A stretch of DNA of 60,968 bases, filler included, from Globobulimina sp. (lineage: Eukaryota): the NCBI GenBank assembly GCA_003354225.1. It is 18 parts of 18 records of this genome, joined end to end, with 100 filler letters (N's around TTAATTAATTAA, not from the genome) between each part and the next. Parts side by side here need not be neighbours in the genome. Positions count along the whole stretch, not along the records: positions 1 to 3,296 come from PIVH01003162.1; positions 3,397 to 6,691 come from PIVH01003163.1; positions 6,792 to 10,086 come from PIVH01003164.1; positions 10,187 to 13,480 come from PIVH01003165.1; 14 more parts are not named here. One strand, written 5' to 3'. Within the stretch, counting starts at the first letter, position 1, and every line of letters starts with the position of its first letter. Shown here piece by piece: positions 1 through 12,067 of this stretch. The notes under the pieces were generated by a model. It ran no database searches and was not told where the DNA came from. It was given only the letters and a program-made list of their open reading frames with translations. A program made the translations under genes and the position numbers.

Positions 1-3000
1 TTAAATCGGCGAAATCATCCTTGGCTTGCTCCGGTTCGATGTGGTGAGAATGTTCCATCACTGTCGACCGAACGCATAAAAACCTCCATAACAATGTCGA
101 TTGCAGCTGCTGCAAACTATGGATTTCAGCATGTTCATCCTCGAAAAGCATGCGTTTTATCACTTGTTCCACGGCTTCCAACGAATGGACCAACATTCCA
201 CACCGACTGTAACTCACTGCAGCTCGCCTTAACAAATCAGTTAAACACTTATCGGTCACCACCTTACTCGCTAAATCATAAGCTTTTGGCTCGAATGCTT
301 TCTTGAGCTCATTTTTCTCGTCGCTTTCCTCGGTTTTGGCATCATTCTTACTTTTAAAAGTCCCAGAGGCATAATCAAAGTCTCCCATATCAAACATGTC
401 AAAGATCGGCGACGCGAAGATCGCTGCTGATGCATTGCCCGATGTATTATTATTGTTATTTTGTTCGCGCTCTCGCACCGATTTGACAATTTCATTGTCC
501 TTCAAATACGAGACAAAGGCATAAATCTCCGGCGCGTCGCTCATTTCACAGACATTATTCTCTTCGCTGATAAACACATTGACAGCATCTTGAGGTTGCC
601 GCAACAGCCAAAAAAGCATATGTTGTTCCCAGGCATTATTATGAAACTTATTACGCACCGCTGGCAATATTTTGCTGCGTAGCATTTCATCGAATTTCAG
701 ATCATCTTTGTCCTGATACAATAACCTGCAAATTAACAGTGCTAAATGCGGATCATCCAAATGTTGCAGAGCTACATTGATGGCAGGCTCATAATTCCCA
801 GCCAATACCCAAAACGCGCAAGCATTGACATATTTATGTTTGGAGGTTAACGTAATGGCATTCGAACGCGCAGCATTTTGGTTACGTGGCTCCGAAAAGT
901 CTCTGCTCATAAATTTGTGCACTTTGTCCTTGCCCTGGGTCACTTTGAGCAAACTGCATAAAATCCGCTGTTTCCCCAATAATATATACCACAATGTGGC
1001 CTCCGTTGGGTTTCTGGTTTTCCTATAGATGGCCATGGCTAATTTCTCAATCAATTTGCTCAACTTAGTCTTATTCCGCAGCCAGTAGGCAATGCCCAGA
1101 TGTTTATAGGTCTCATAGCTGATATCCTTTGCTTGTGTGGGAATACACAAATCGTGCAACGCGTCCTGCGAATCTGAGTGCATTGCCCAAGCAATACAGC
1201 CCAAAGGGACGAAGCTTTTGCGTTGTAATTTGAACAGGTTTGCTGCGAACATAAATTGTGCGCCAGGGATGTCCAAATTGCGCTGTTGTTGCTGCACTTT
1301 GATTAATGTGTCGGTCAGGGCCAATAATGTGAGAGTATGCGTAGTAGAGACCATTGGCAATTTAATTTTTTGCAACAAGTCGTGCACTTCGCGTACTTCA
1401 GCTGGCTTCAAGTAATAATCCGCAGACGCATCAAATTGCAAATGCGAGATTCCAGAGTCTTTGTTCTCGTCTTTATCAAATAGCCACTTAATTGGCACTA
1501 AAAAACGTGACCGAACCTCGCCACTGCCGTCTATGTGTATATATTTATGCGCTTTTTCAAACGGCAAGCAATTGTATACATACATGATTCCTCCGGGACC
1601 CGTCGTAAAACCATCAGGAAGTCCTTCAAAATGCGGTGAATGCGCTTGAAATTCGTACATTTCATATCTTGATATAGCGCCAATGGATGATATAATGTCC
1701 TGCCTGGCCATCCAGCCACAGATGCCGTGGATATGCGGATGATTATCCACTGTTCGATGTCGGTCCTATATACTAACAACACAGTGGGTGACAGGAAGAC
1801 CAGTGCGCTGATCATTGCCTTTTCAGGCCATTTTTGCTGGATCACGTAAATATCTTTCTCGTCGTCCAACGCTGCCATGACTAAGTTATGCAATCTAAAT
1901 TCGCGAAAAAAGGTATCATGGTTCCATGTGGTGGACAAATCAGATAATACCGGGAATAATAACTGCACTGAACCTAAATCGCTATGTATTGCAACAGGTT
2001 ACACAGTATTTTCCAAACTAAAAAATATTTTCAAAGTGAAATTAAAAATATGGCTTCAAATTGGATAGAAACATAGAGGACGGACTGACTGATTTGCGGT
2101 AGCAATGCAAGGCCCTCCCGCTGTTTTCATCATTGACAGCAATTTTATTGTATGATCTTGGCACGGTATTACAGCCTCACATTTCCACTCATTCAACGAC
2201 GACGATTCTTTCTCGTACAACATAATGCCCTCACTTTCGTGGATCAGCATAATGCGCGAAGCGTTTATACATTGCGATCGCAACAACGCTGCAGCGGATT
2301 GAGTGATTTTTATATTATTTATTCGGATTGCTTGTATCACATGTTTTGAATTATCAAATATTGTGTAACACGCACAGCTGCTCACAGCGCCTTGCTTATC
2401 TTCAGCAAATACACAAATTAACACAGCTCTGTCATTGGTGGTGATGCCGCTGCAGGACACCAACCGTTTATTATGTCCATATTGTTCGCCAATGATTGCC
2501 GCCAACATTTCTGTAGAAAATGAGGTTTGTTTACCATATAATTCACGGTCGACTTTCACGGAGCGTACCACCAATGGCGCAGGTCTCCGATCTGATTTTT
2601 TCCATTGGTACAATGAATTGGGTGCTTGCGAGGGTGGTCGACGGCGGATTCGGTCTCGATGTGCTTTCAGCTCACCATAAGGTCTCCGATGGATTAATAT
2701 TTGAGGGTTACTGTGTAAATTGGTGCCGTGGAATGTATCAGAATCATTAATTTGCTTTTCTTCTGTTCCGGATTTATTTGGTGGCCCGTTTTTGTTTTTG
2801 GGGTCCGATCTAGTCTCATAGGGTCGTGCTAATTTATCCAATTCAATCATAAACCCGTTCCATGACGTTTCTTGAGCTACGATCACCATGTTACTGAAGT
2901 AAAAAACATTTCACATTTTCTTAGTTGAACGCATGGCACACTGACACACCTCTTTGGCTGTTTAGATTTATGCGACTTTCTCCGGCTTTTCTGCGTCGGC

Positions 3001-3296
3001 CGATGATAAAATGGTGAATTCAGGTTACTGCCATCCATTTGATCGCCAATATACGGCGCAATGATCATGTATAAAATCTTCTCTTTGTTGTTCAATCGGA
3101 TGGGTTTCTCCCACACATGAAACCATCCATTTTTTGATTTGTAGACATGTACACTTAACACATACTCAATTGTGTTGTTTGCAATTTGCTGTGATATGCA
3201 GATCAGTCTTCGATACGTCTGATCCCAGGCAAAGGCCAAAATAGGTTCAAACGGCACGACATAAATCAAACTCGGCGGATTATTACAATTTATAGA
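1..3296 (-). CDS. RAV1: RAVE subunit Rav1 / DmX-like (rabconnectin-3 alpha) protein, internal fragment; introns 2894-2949, 1982-2089, 1531-1583
   Basis: Manual translation of the last exon (1530 to 1, open to the contig end, so absent from the ORF track) gives Rav1p_C hallmarks AWAMHSDSQDAL, LGIAYWLRN, RDFSEPRNQNAARSNA and ACAFWVLAGNYEPAINVALQHLDDPHLALLICRL. LYHPLAL lies in the preceding exon. All three GT-AG introns keep the frame. Confidence 0.85.
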
Positions 3297-3396
3297 NNNN
3301 NNNNNNNNNNNNNNNNNNNNNNNNNNNNNNNNNNNNNNNNTTAATTAATTAANNNNNNNNNNNNNNNNNNNNNNNNNNNNNNNNNNNNNNNNNNNN
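3297..3396. other. Artificial contig-joining spacer (N44-TTAATTAATTAA-N44), first of 17
   Basis: Identical 100-bp spacers start at 3297, 6692, 10087, 13481, 16875, 20269, 23662, 27055, 30448, 33841, 37233, 40625, 44017, 47409, 50800, 54190 and 57580. The 12-mer places stops in all six frames. Confidence 0.99.
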
Positions 3397-6300
3397 AAAT
3401 TTATACACTCCGAGGCCAGTTGTGCGGAAATTACGTTTTTTAGGATTTATGGAGAATTAGGCGATGCTGAGTATGGTGAAGAGAAAGAGGCTGAATTCAA
3501 ATATTCGTGGCAAGAAATGGAGGATGAGGATGTGAATGAATTTGAGGAAGAAGAGGATGCCATAGATGTGACACAGTCGCAGTTAATAAAGATTCTGGAA
3601 ACATATCCAAAAACAGAAGATAAACACCGGAGAGGATTCAAGGTATATACACATATTACAAATATATTCATCTAATTCCGCTATGTTTGAACATGATAAT
3701 GATGCACAACACGATTATATAATGTATATCATCGTTATATGTACAAACATAGCACAGAATCGATAAAATATTTATTATAATTCACGTACAACACTAAAAA
3801 GGATATGTACCGCCCCGAGCCGCACTATTATTGGGAGTCGGAGTGCGTAGATAATATGAAAAAGGATATTTGGTTAAAATTTGATATGGGTCCAATTAAA
3901 ATTGATTCCTTTGATATTTCATTGGTGGAGAACTACCATGCGGGCACTGTGAAAGTTTATACTTCGAAAACAAATTCGGCCAAAGATAGTGATTGGAGCA
4001 TCATTAAAATTCAGCGGAATATTCCAAAGAAAGAGAGCACAAAATTTTATTTGAAATCAGACCATGCGCGATTTATAAAATTAGCAGTTGCGGATCGAAC
4101 GGAAGATAGAATCGAAGTAAATCAACTGAAATGGAGCGGTTTTGAACCTGTGGTCGAGGATGAGATTACAAATAAAATGAAAATATATCAATGTTCCGGT
4201 AAAACAGACGAATGCCAATCAGTCCTGAAAAACAATCAGGATTTATGGAAAAGTGCCGCGTGTGACCCCGCGTGGATTATTTTTGATTGTAATCGCTATG
4301 AATTGGATCGATTATCCATTACATTTGCGGAGAAATCCAAGCCGGAAACTGTCAAATTACGAATGAGCGATGTTGCGCCAGCATATTCATTCAATATCCC
4401 ATCGATAATGAAATGGGAATTAAATACGTGTCAAACAGATGGAGACGATGAATGGCAAAACATTGAATTATTGGAAGAATTGTCGTTGTCAGGCAAAGAA
4501 TATGATAAATCCGGCGGGTTTAAGAGATTTATCCATTTGGAATTTAGTACATTTCAAGTCAATGAAATGCAAATTAATAAAATTCAATTTTTTGGCAAAT
4601 TATCAGAGAACATTGCGGAGGATGACGAGCAATTTGATTCTGTTTTAGATGCTGCCGATATGCATACAGACGATGAGAAGAAACAAGACAACAAAGCACC
4701 GTACAAACCAGACTTCGTTGATAGTTCGCCAGCGATGCAAGGATATACAACGGCCAATATTTGGAAAAACGAAGATCATTTCTTTTGGATGGCTCAATTT
4801 GGCATTCCGCCATTTTTAATTTTAGATCTTGGCAACAATCAAAGATTTGTCGATGAGATATTAATTAAAGCATATCAATATTATCCGTATAAAACCTTAA
4901 AAGTGTCGACAAGCAACAAAGCAAAAGCCAAAGAGTGGGATTTGTTGTTTGAAGATAATGAAATGGAGTCAAAAATGAATGACGGTGGGACTTATGATTT
5001 GAGTCAATATGATGTTAAGCAATACATTAAAATGGAATTTGCCGAATTAAAAATGCAAATGTTTGCGATGGCGTCAGTTAAAATCTATGGCGACTCTGAT
5101 TTCTTCGACAAAAAAGAGAAAGTAATCACGTGGGACGACATAAAAAATATGAAACATATCGATGAAGACTTAATTCATGAGTTCAGAGAGCAGGAACAGA
5201 AGATAGTGACCAATAAAATGGTCACATTGATGGCTCAAATCCAAGCAGTTGAAAAGGATGAAAACACCGGCAAGTTAAGCGAAGAATGGACGAGAGCGAA
5301 ACTGGAATATTATCTCAATCAATCTAAGTTTTATTACATGTTTACTGAATTATACGCATATCAATCTGCCACCATTTACGAACAAGAACAAATGATGGAA
5401 GTCATGGCGATGCAAAAGGAAATTGCTACGGAGGAAGTTAAAAAAATATTAGATTACGAAGTGGAATATGCTACAAATGATAAATTAAAAGAAGAAGAGG
5501 AGAAAAAGGCAAAAGAGGCTGGCAAACACCATCAACATCAAAAATTAGTGAAAGAGAGAGCAGAGGCAACGACTGTATATTATACAGAATTTAGCAAATT
5601 TTTTACCAATTTAAGCGAGAAATGTTATGCAATGTATAGCAGTGAAAAGGATGAGAAAGTTTATGAATGCTGGAAGGAGGCCATTGAGAATCATCCGCGA
5701 CAAATCTCGTCTTTGTATAATGTCCAGGAATACCAACAAATGCAAACCTATGCACGCAAAAAAGACCCGGACGGCTTCAAAAAATGTTGGGCTGTGCTGG
5801 CAGATTTATTTGATGAGTCATTCGAGCAAGAAAAGGAATTATTGCATAAATTTTTTGTATTCCAGTTATCTGCCAATTATTGGGAAGCCAGATCGCAATC
5901 TTATGGCAGACCGCCGGTGTCGATATTATTCGATTGTGCGTCCCCCATTGTTGGGGATGACTTTAGCCGCAAAATCAACAGATTAGAATTTAAAATACCG
6001 AAACCATGCAACATTAATAGAATTGTAGTGTCAACAGCTGCCAATATAAGGTATGTTTACATATTTTAATTGCATTGCAGTAATATATTCTGATATAAAT
6101 AGGGAAGAAAAACTTGATTCAGCGGACGCCGATGATGATGAAAAACAAATTGATTGGAACAATTTTAATATTATTGGCCAGTTCCAATTAAGCGATGAGT
6201 TAAAAACAGAAAAGAAAGAAAACGGATTAGGTTACGATGATGCAAAAGTTATGTTAGATTACAAAAATGAAAGGTATGTTCGAGTGGAGTTTACAGAGTG

Positions 6301-6691
6301 GGACGAAGGCCAAACCGATTTAGAAATTGATAGGATTAGATTCTTTATGATGGATGACAGTGATTTAAAGGACGAAGATGAAAAAGATGGTGGTTTACAA
6401 CTTGCAAAATATAAATTAAAATTAATTGACCATAATAAAACAGATAAATCGGATTATCGCGGCATTGCAGATGCGTATAAACTCAGCTCTTCATATTATA
6501 CAACGGCCAGCGACATTAAAAAACCGTATTTGATTTTTGATTGTGAGACGCGTAAAATTGATCAAATGGAAATAAGATTTGACGATACGTCATGGCGACA
6601 GTTTGATGTTATTAATATTTCGACAACGGATAATTATCAATTACCAGACAGCGACGATGCAGTGGATAGCAAACAAGATGAGGATGACTGG
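3397..6691 (+). CDS. Large protein with tandem galactose-binding/discoidin (F5/8 type C-like) domains and a central helical region; partial at both ends; introns 3643-3801, 6051-6102
   Basis: A unit of the form (Y/F)W.S...(W/F/Y)(L/I).(F/L)D...ID.......KV.TS...W...(R/Q)(F/Y)IK.....I..I..(F/Y)G recurs: YYWESEC/IWLKFDMG, LWKSAAC/WIIFDC, FFWMAQF/FLILDLG, YWEARS/ILFDC, YYTTAS/YLIFDC. The introns join the ORFs in frame. Confidence 0.6.
3680..3753. repeat. Imperfect inverted repeat (hairpin) inside intron 3643-3801
   Basis: GCTATGTTTGAACATGATAATGATG (3680-3704) pairs with CATCGTTATATGTACAAACATAGC (3730-3753). Confidence 0.7.
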
Positions 6692-6791
6692 NNNNNNNNN
6701 NNNNNNNNNNNNNNNNNNNNNNNNNNNNNNNNNNNTTAATTAATTAANNNNNNNNNNNNNNNNNNNNNNNNNNNNNNNNNNNNNNNNNNNN

Positions 6792-8314
6792 TTAAATCGG
6801 ATTGAACGTTTGAATCCATTGTTAAATGCGATTATTGAAATAAATCCAAACGCATTGAAAACAGCACAAATATTAGACAATGAAAGAGACCGTCCTGGGA
6901 GAGAACCACTGCCATTGTATGGCATTCCAGTTCTAATCAAAGACAATATCGATACAAACAAATGTGATTCAATGCAAACCACCGCAGGTTCCTTAGCGTT
7001 GCTTGATAGTGATAAGCCGCCAAATGATGCATATATTGTGGAGAAAATGAAAAAAGCGGGTTGCATAATTTTAGGCAAAACAAATTTAAGTGAATGGGCG
7101 AATATACGCAGTAATCACTCAATTGATGGTTGGAGTGCTCGCGGCGGACTGGTTAGAAATCCGTATAACTTAAACAAAACTGCGTTAGGTTCCTCCTCCG
7201 GCAGTGCCTGTGCTGTAGCTGCGCGTTTGGCGCCTCTTGCTGTGGGAACAGAGACAAATGGGAGTATTTCCTGTCCATCCATGGTTTGTGGAATTGTGGG
7301 CTTTAAACCAACTGTCGGATTCACATCGAGGCGGGGCATCATTCCAATAGCTTCCAGCTGTGATTCAGTGGGGCCAATGGCCAAAACTGTGGAGGATGTG
7401 ATGCATTTATATAATGCCATGATTGGGTTTGACGTTGAATGGGATGTTGAAGCAATGCATTGGATGAACACAGTCAACACACAGCCGCATCCGGTAAAGT
7501 TCCCGTTGTTATCAGCAAATACAATATTGAATAAAAAACGAATTGGTGTTTTGCGTGGAAACTTTTATGAATATGATGGTGATATACATAAATCATTCGA
7601 TGTGGTTTTAAGTGTTCTGCAAAATGCCGGTTGTACCATTGTTGATAATGTCCATTTGCCACAGAGTACCATTGCAATATTAAACGGTACGTCTCATGAT
7701 GGTGAAACCGCAAATGTGTTGAAATTAATGCTTTATGAGTTGAAACATGGAATGAAAGAATATTTGAAAACACGGCAGAATGATAAAATAAAAACATTAG
7801 CAGATATTATAGAATTCAATAAAGTGCATTCCAATGAAGAATTGCTGTATTTTGGTCAAGAGTTATTTGAGGCAGCTGCAGAATGTTTAGCTCTTCCAAA
7901 TGAACATCATAACCGCTTACGGACAAAATTGCGACAAGAAACACGTGGAAACGGTGTTGATTATTTATTAAAAAAATATAATTTGATGCTTTTGATGTTC
8001 CATCATTGGAAAAAAGAAAAAGCGGAAATAATAAAAGTGAATTGACAAAAAAAACTAATTATAACAATGTTGGCAGCTCAACATTAACAGCAATGGCAGG
8101 CTATCCTTTGTTGACTGTACCAATGGAAAATCATCAAACAAGCAAAATGCCGCTTGGTGTTTCTTTTATGGGAACAGGCGGATCCGATCACTTATTACTT
8201 CAAATTGGGTATGCATATCAACAGAAAATGTTGAAGCATTTGCAAAGTACCACAATTGTACCATTACCTCCGTTGCCCTTTGGAAATGGGAATTTGTTAG
8301 AATCAAAGTTGTAA
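6792..8314 (+). CDS. Amidase signature family enzyme, 5'-partial, with an apparent -1 frameshift near 7985 and a C-terminal PTS1 (SKL)
   Basis: PLYGIPVLIKDNI (catalytic Lys), GKTNLSEWA, GSSSGSACAVAA and GTETNGSISCPS (Ser-cisSer-Lys triad). The C-terminal motifs AGYPLLTVP and PLGVSF lie in the -1 frame ORF 8006-8314, which ends ESKL*. Confidence 0.9.
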
Positions 8315-8433
8315 AAGCAACAATAAATAAAGATTTTCTTGAAGTGAGTTAGTACTTTAAAGTTTTCCTTTCCAATCTCGTCACATGACTCACATCTCAT
8401 CTCAACCCAAACCAGAAAAAAACTGAGCACAAA

Positions 8434-10086
8434 ATGAAAATAAAGATTCAAAAAATATCAAAACAACAAGCATTGACAAACTGTGTTTATTTAAATCCAG
8501 ACACAATGTCTGCATTAGGATTGCAAGAAAATGATTTAATTATAATTGATGAACAGGTTGTCCATATGGTTCGAGGTGATATAAATTTAAAGGAGAATGA
8601 GTTGGGTTCATCATTGTTATTATGGAAATCATTACATTTGAATACAAAAACTTGTGTTGGTTCTATGGTCACCATTCAAAAATGGCAAGATTCAAAATTA
8701 AATAACCACACAATTGCAAATACCATCACGTTAAGTTTACACATTTTTAATATTAACAACACATCATTTTAATTCTCTAATTCTACAGCATCATAATCGA
8801 TACATTTCAAAATGTCGCAGTAACTATCAAAGCATCGCAATTGCAAACTTTTGTAAAAAAATACTTTGTGAATCAGGTATTTTGTAAAGATCAAAGGTTT
8901 GTAGTCAAATGGCAACAAGAAAAGTCCAGAGATGTTTGGATTTGCTTAAGAATCGCTCAAATATTCTCTAAAAAATTGGTTATCGCTGAAATGAAGCAAG
9001 AACCAGACGAGAAAACAGATGACGACGAAGCAATTATAAAAACACACAACAACCAATTAAAAAATATTCGATTTGGTAAAATTCATTCAAATGTAACAAA
9101 CTGTTTATTTCAGCCAGATACTTGCAAGAAATCGTTAGAGTTTATCGACGACATTGGACCGACCATTTATATCCCACCAATCAAACCATTCGATCCCATT
9201 GATTTAGGCGTTGGTGGTTTAAACGAACAATTCAATAAAATATATCGCAGAGCCTTTGTGTCCCGCTTATATCCTCCTCAAATTGTCAAAGAATTGGGAC
9301 AAAAGCATTGCAAAGGACTGTTATTATATGGCCCTCCAGGCACTGGCAAGACGCTCATAGCTCGATGCCTTGGATCGATGCTTACCGATACCACTCCAAA
9401 AATCGTCAATGGCCCAGAACTGCTCAACAAATATGTGGGCCAAGGCGAGGCCAATGTGCGTGCCTTATTTGCAGAGGCCATTATTGATGAGAGAGAGAAA
9501 GGAGATAAGTCTCCATTACATGTGATTATATTCGATGAGATTGACAGTTTATGCAAAGCGCGAGGCGGTGGAGCTGGCGCAGGTAATCATGATGGAATTG
9601 TAAACCAATTATTGGCAATGATTGATGGTGTGAAGGCATTGAATAATGTGCTTATCATCGGTATGACGAACAGGATTGATTTGATTGACGCAGCTATATT
9701 ACGACCGGGCCGCTTGGGCGTACAAATTGAAATCGGTTTGCCTGATCAAGATGGTCGGACTGAAATATTTCGAATTCATACGAAACAAATCCGCGAGAAT
9801 GGCTATTTAGATGACAATGTGTCATGCAACGAGTTGGCGAAACGTACTAAAAACTATACCGGTGCGGAGATTGCCGGTGTTGTGCGCAGTGCGATCAGTT
9901 ATGCCATGAATAAAAATATTGATTATGAAAACTTAAATAGTATTCCCATTGAACAGTACAGAAATATTAAAATCACATCCAAATATTTTGATTATGCGTT
10001 AGGTGAAGTTTTGCCAGAATTAGGTAAGAAAAAATATGAGGAAGAAATTAAGTTTTTATATGAAAAGGGAATATTCAAATTTGATG
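8434..10086 (+). CDS. NSF: Vesicle-fusing ATPase NSF/Sec18, 3'-partial; intron 8730-8788
   Basis: NSF-specific GVGGLNEQFNKIYRRAFVSR, Walker A GPPGTGKT, NGPELLNKYVG, Walker B IIFDEID and SRH MTNRIDLIDAAILRPGRL. The N-domain starts ALTNCVYLN. Confidence 0.95.
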
Positions 10087-10244
10087 NNNNNNNNNNNNNN
10101 NNNNNNNNNNNNNNNNNNNNNNNNNNNNNNTTAATTAATTAANNNNNNNNNNNNNNNNNNNNNNNNNNNNNNNNNNNNNNNNNNNNTAAATATTTTACAT
10201 CCAAATCCGTTTTGAAAGTGAAATATCTATTTATTTTTTTACAG

Positions 10245-10653
10245 AGTGTCGGATGGTATGCCTCCATATTCCGGCAGTCGTAAAATACCAAATGAAGAAT
10301 TAAAAGATGAGCCAGAATTTAGCCGTATGGATCCCGAAGAGATTGGTGATGAATTTCGTGGTATAACATCTGATGCGATATCGAAAGCATTATTAGATCC
10401 AAACCGAGCCAATGCGCGAAAAGGCAAACAAATGACGGATGTGATGAAAAAATTAAATCCGCAGTGGCCGGACGAAGAGTTGGATCCTGAGGCAAGGAGA
10501 AGATATAAAAAATTGAGTTTCCCTCAAAGACCATTTGCGAAGAAATTACCACCAAAACCAAAGATTACGCTTAAAGCCGGCAAGGCTGCGGTGAATGAAG
10601 TTGATTTGGGAATGACTGTTGATTTTGGCTCGTTTGAGGTGCCTGATATTTAG
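10245..10653 (+). CDS. 3'-terminal exon of an unknown protein
   Basis: Coding-like 135-aa ORF after a pyrimidine tract and CAG acceptor, followed by T-rich UTR-like sequence. No recognisable motif. Confidence 0.5.
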
Positions 10654-11378
10654 AGGGGTATTAATATTTGTTGTTGGTTGGTATATATATTTTTTTAGGT
10701 TTATTTTGTTTTTGATTTTTTTGTAATTATAGATTATTTTATGCAGATGTTGTTGTTGTTTTTGTATGTTGCTTTAGCTGTTAATTTATATGTTTGTTGT
10801 ATACCAAAATGTTGTTTGTATGGTAGTTTAATCATTTTGCTAAATACTCGTAGACCTATGTTTCAATTGAGGCCATTAAAACAAAAATAAAAAAGAAAGT
10901 ATACACAGGATAGTTAGATAATATCTAGGGAGGCCAAATTGGTAGAAATACTATGCTCCCGTATTTATAGCAACGTTTTTTTGGTTTTTATCAAAATTAA
11001 GCTGCCGCAGATTATATGAAGTCAAGGTTGCCATGTTCTCTTGACATCGCAGGTCCAAAAGTAGCTCAATAGTTGTGACTGCAATGCTTGTTTTGTGTTT
11101 GTTTATCAGTGGCAAAGTGCAGTGCGTTATGCACTGCGTAATATTGCGAACTCTTTTTAAAAAATGAATGTCTCTTAAAAAATAGAGCGACATAATGTCT
11201 AGTTTTATAATGAATGGATTCAAAACAAAAAAAAATATTAATTTAATTTAATTAAGGGCAAATATAAGTAATCAAAGGGTTGATTTAAGCCATGGGAAAA
11301 ATAAAAACCCGATGCAAGTGTTGAAATGTGATTACTTTTTATTTGTTTTTGATTGCCTCAAATTAAATTGCAGAAAAG

Positions 11379-12005
11379 TTATATTTTTGCTTTCTGACGC
11401 TCCAAAAGTATGTTATATCTCATTTGCTTGTATTGAGGATGTTGTTTACATTGAAAGGACCAATGCCCATTTAATCCACATTCATTACAAATATCTCCGT
11501 ATTTTGAATATAATGCATCCATTTTTACTTTGTCTTCATTTATTGCAGATTAATCCATATGTTTATTAATAATAAATTCCGTATTTGTATCAAACAACGC
11601 ATTACAACCAACATTTGGGCACAATATATCTTGGCTATATTGTGGATCATTAGTTTGTTTTTGGACTGATTCAAAAGATTTTTTATATGCAAATTGTTGA
11701 TTTGCATTGTTGTTAACAGTGGATTTACATTCATTATCTTTCCGTTTATTACAATTTAACTGAGATAAATTCGCATATGATTTAAATATTTCCTCCAATT
11801 CTTTATTACCGACATTTTTTCTAAATTGTTGTTTTTTGGTTGGTACACAAATCGCAACTGTTCCTTTCGTTGCATACACATTAATTTTCACTGCTTTTGA
11901 GTTTCCATTTAGTCTTTTTGTGTATGATAATGTCCATTCGTTTTTGCATGACACTCGTTGAAATCAATACGTGTGAGCAATTTGATTCACTGCATCTTGT
12001 TGCAT
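11379..12005 (-). pseudogene. Interrupted gene: N-terminal KINVYATKGTV domain, UBZ-like zinc finger and CCHC zinc knuckle; in-frame TGA at 11964-11966 and TAA at 11550-11552
   Basis: One frame runs from ATG 12005: MQQDAVNQIAHTY*FQRV...KINVYATKGTV...QQFRKNV...LEEIF...CPNVGC...INKHMD*SAINE...CNECGLNGHWSFQC (C-x2-C-x4-H-x4-C)...KAKI*. Confidence 0.65.
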
Positions 12006-12067
12006 TGTTGATGTGATCCAAAATGACTTAAGTAGAGTTTTCTAGCATAAAATAAAAATACCTCACA

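Noticed and set aside
94-1649. Short plus-strand ORFs in contig 1, and similar 60-170-aa shadow ORFs throughout
   Set aside because: They are antisense or off-frame shadows of well-supported genes and have no motifs.
3341-3352. Periodic TTAATTAATTAA motif every 3.39 kb as a biological repeat
   Set aside because: It is always centred in N-runs and gives stops in six frames, so it is an assembly linker.
7965-8045. Programmed -1 ribosomal frameshift in the amidase
   Set aside because: Slipping at A-AAA-AAA leads straight to TAA in the -1 frame. No other correctly phased slippery heptamer or stimulatory structure is evident.
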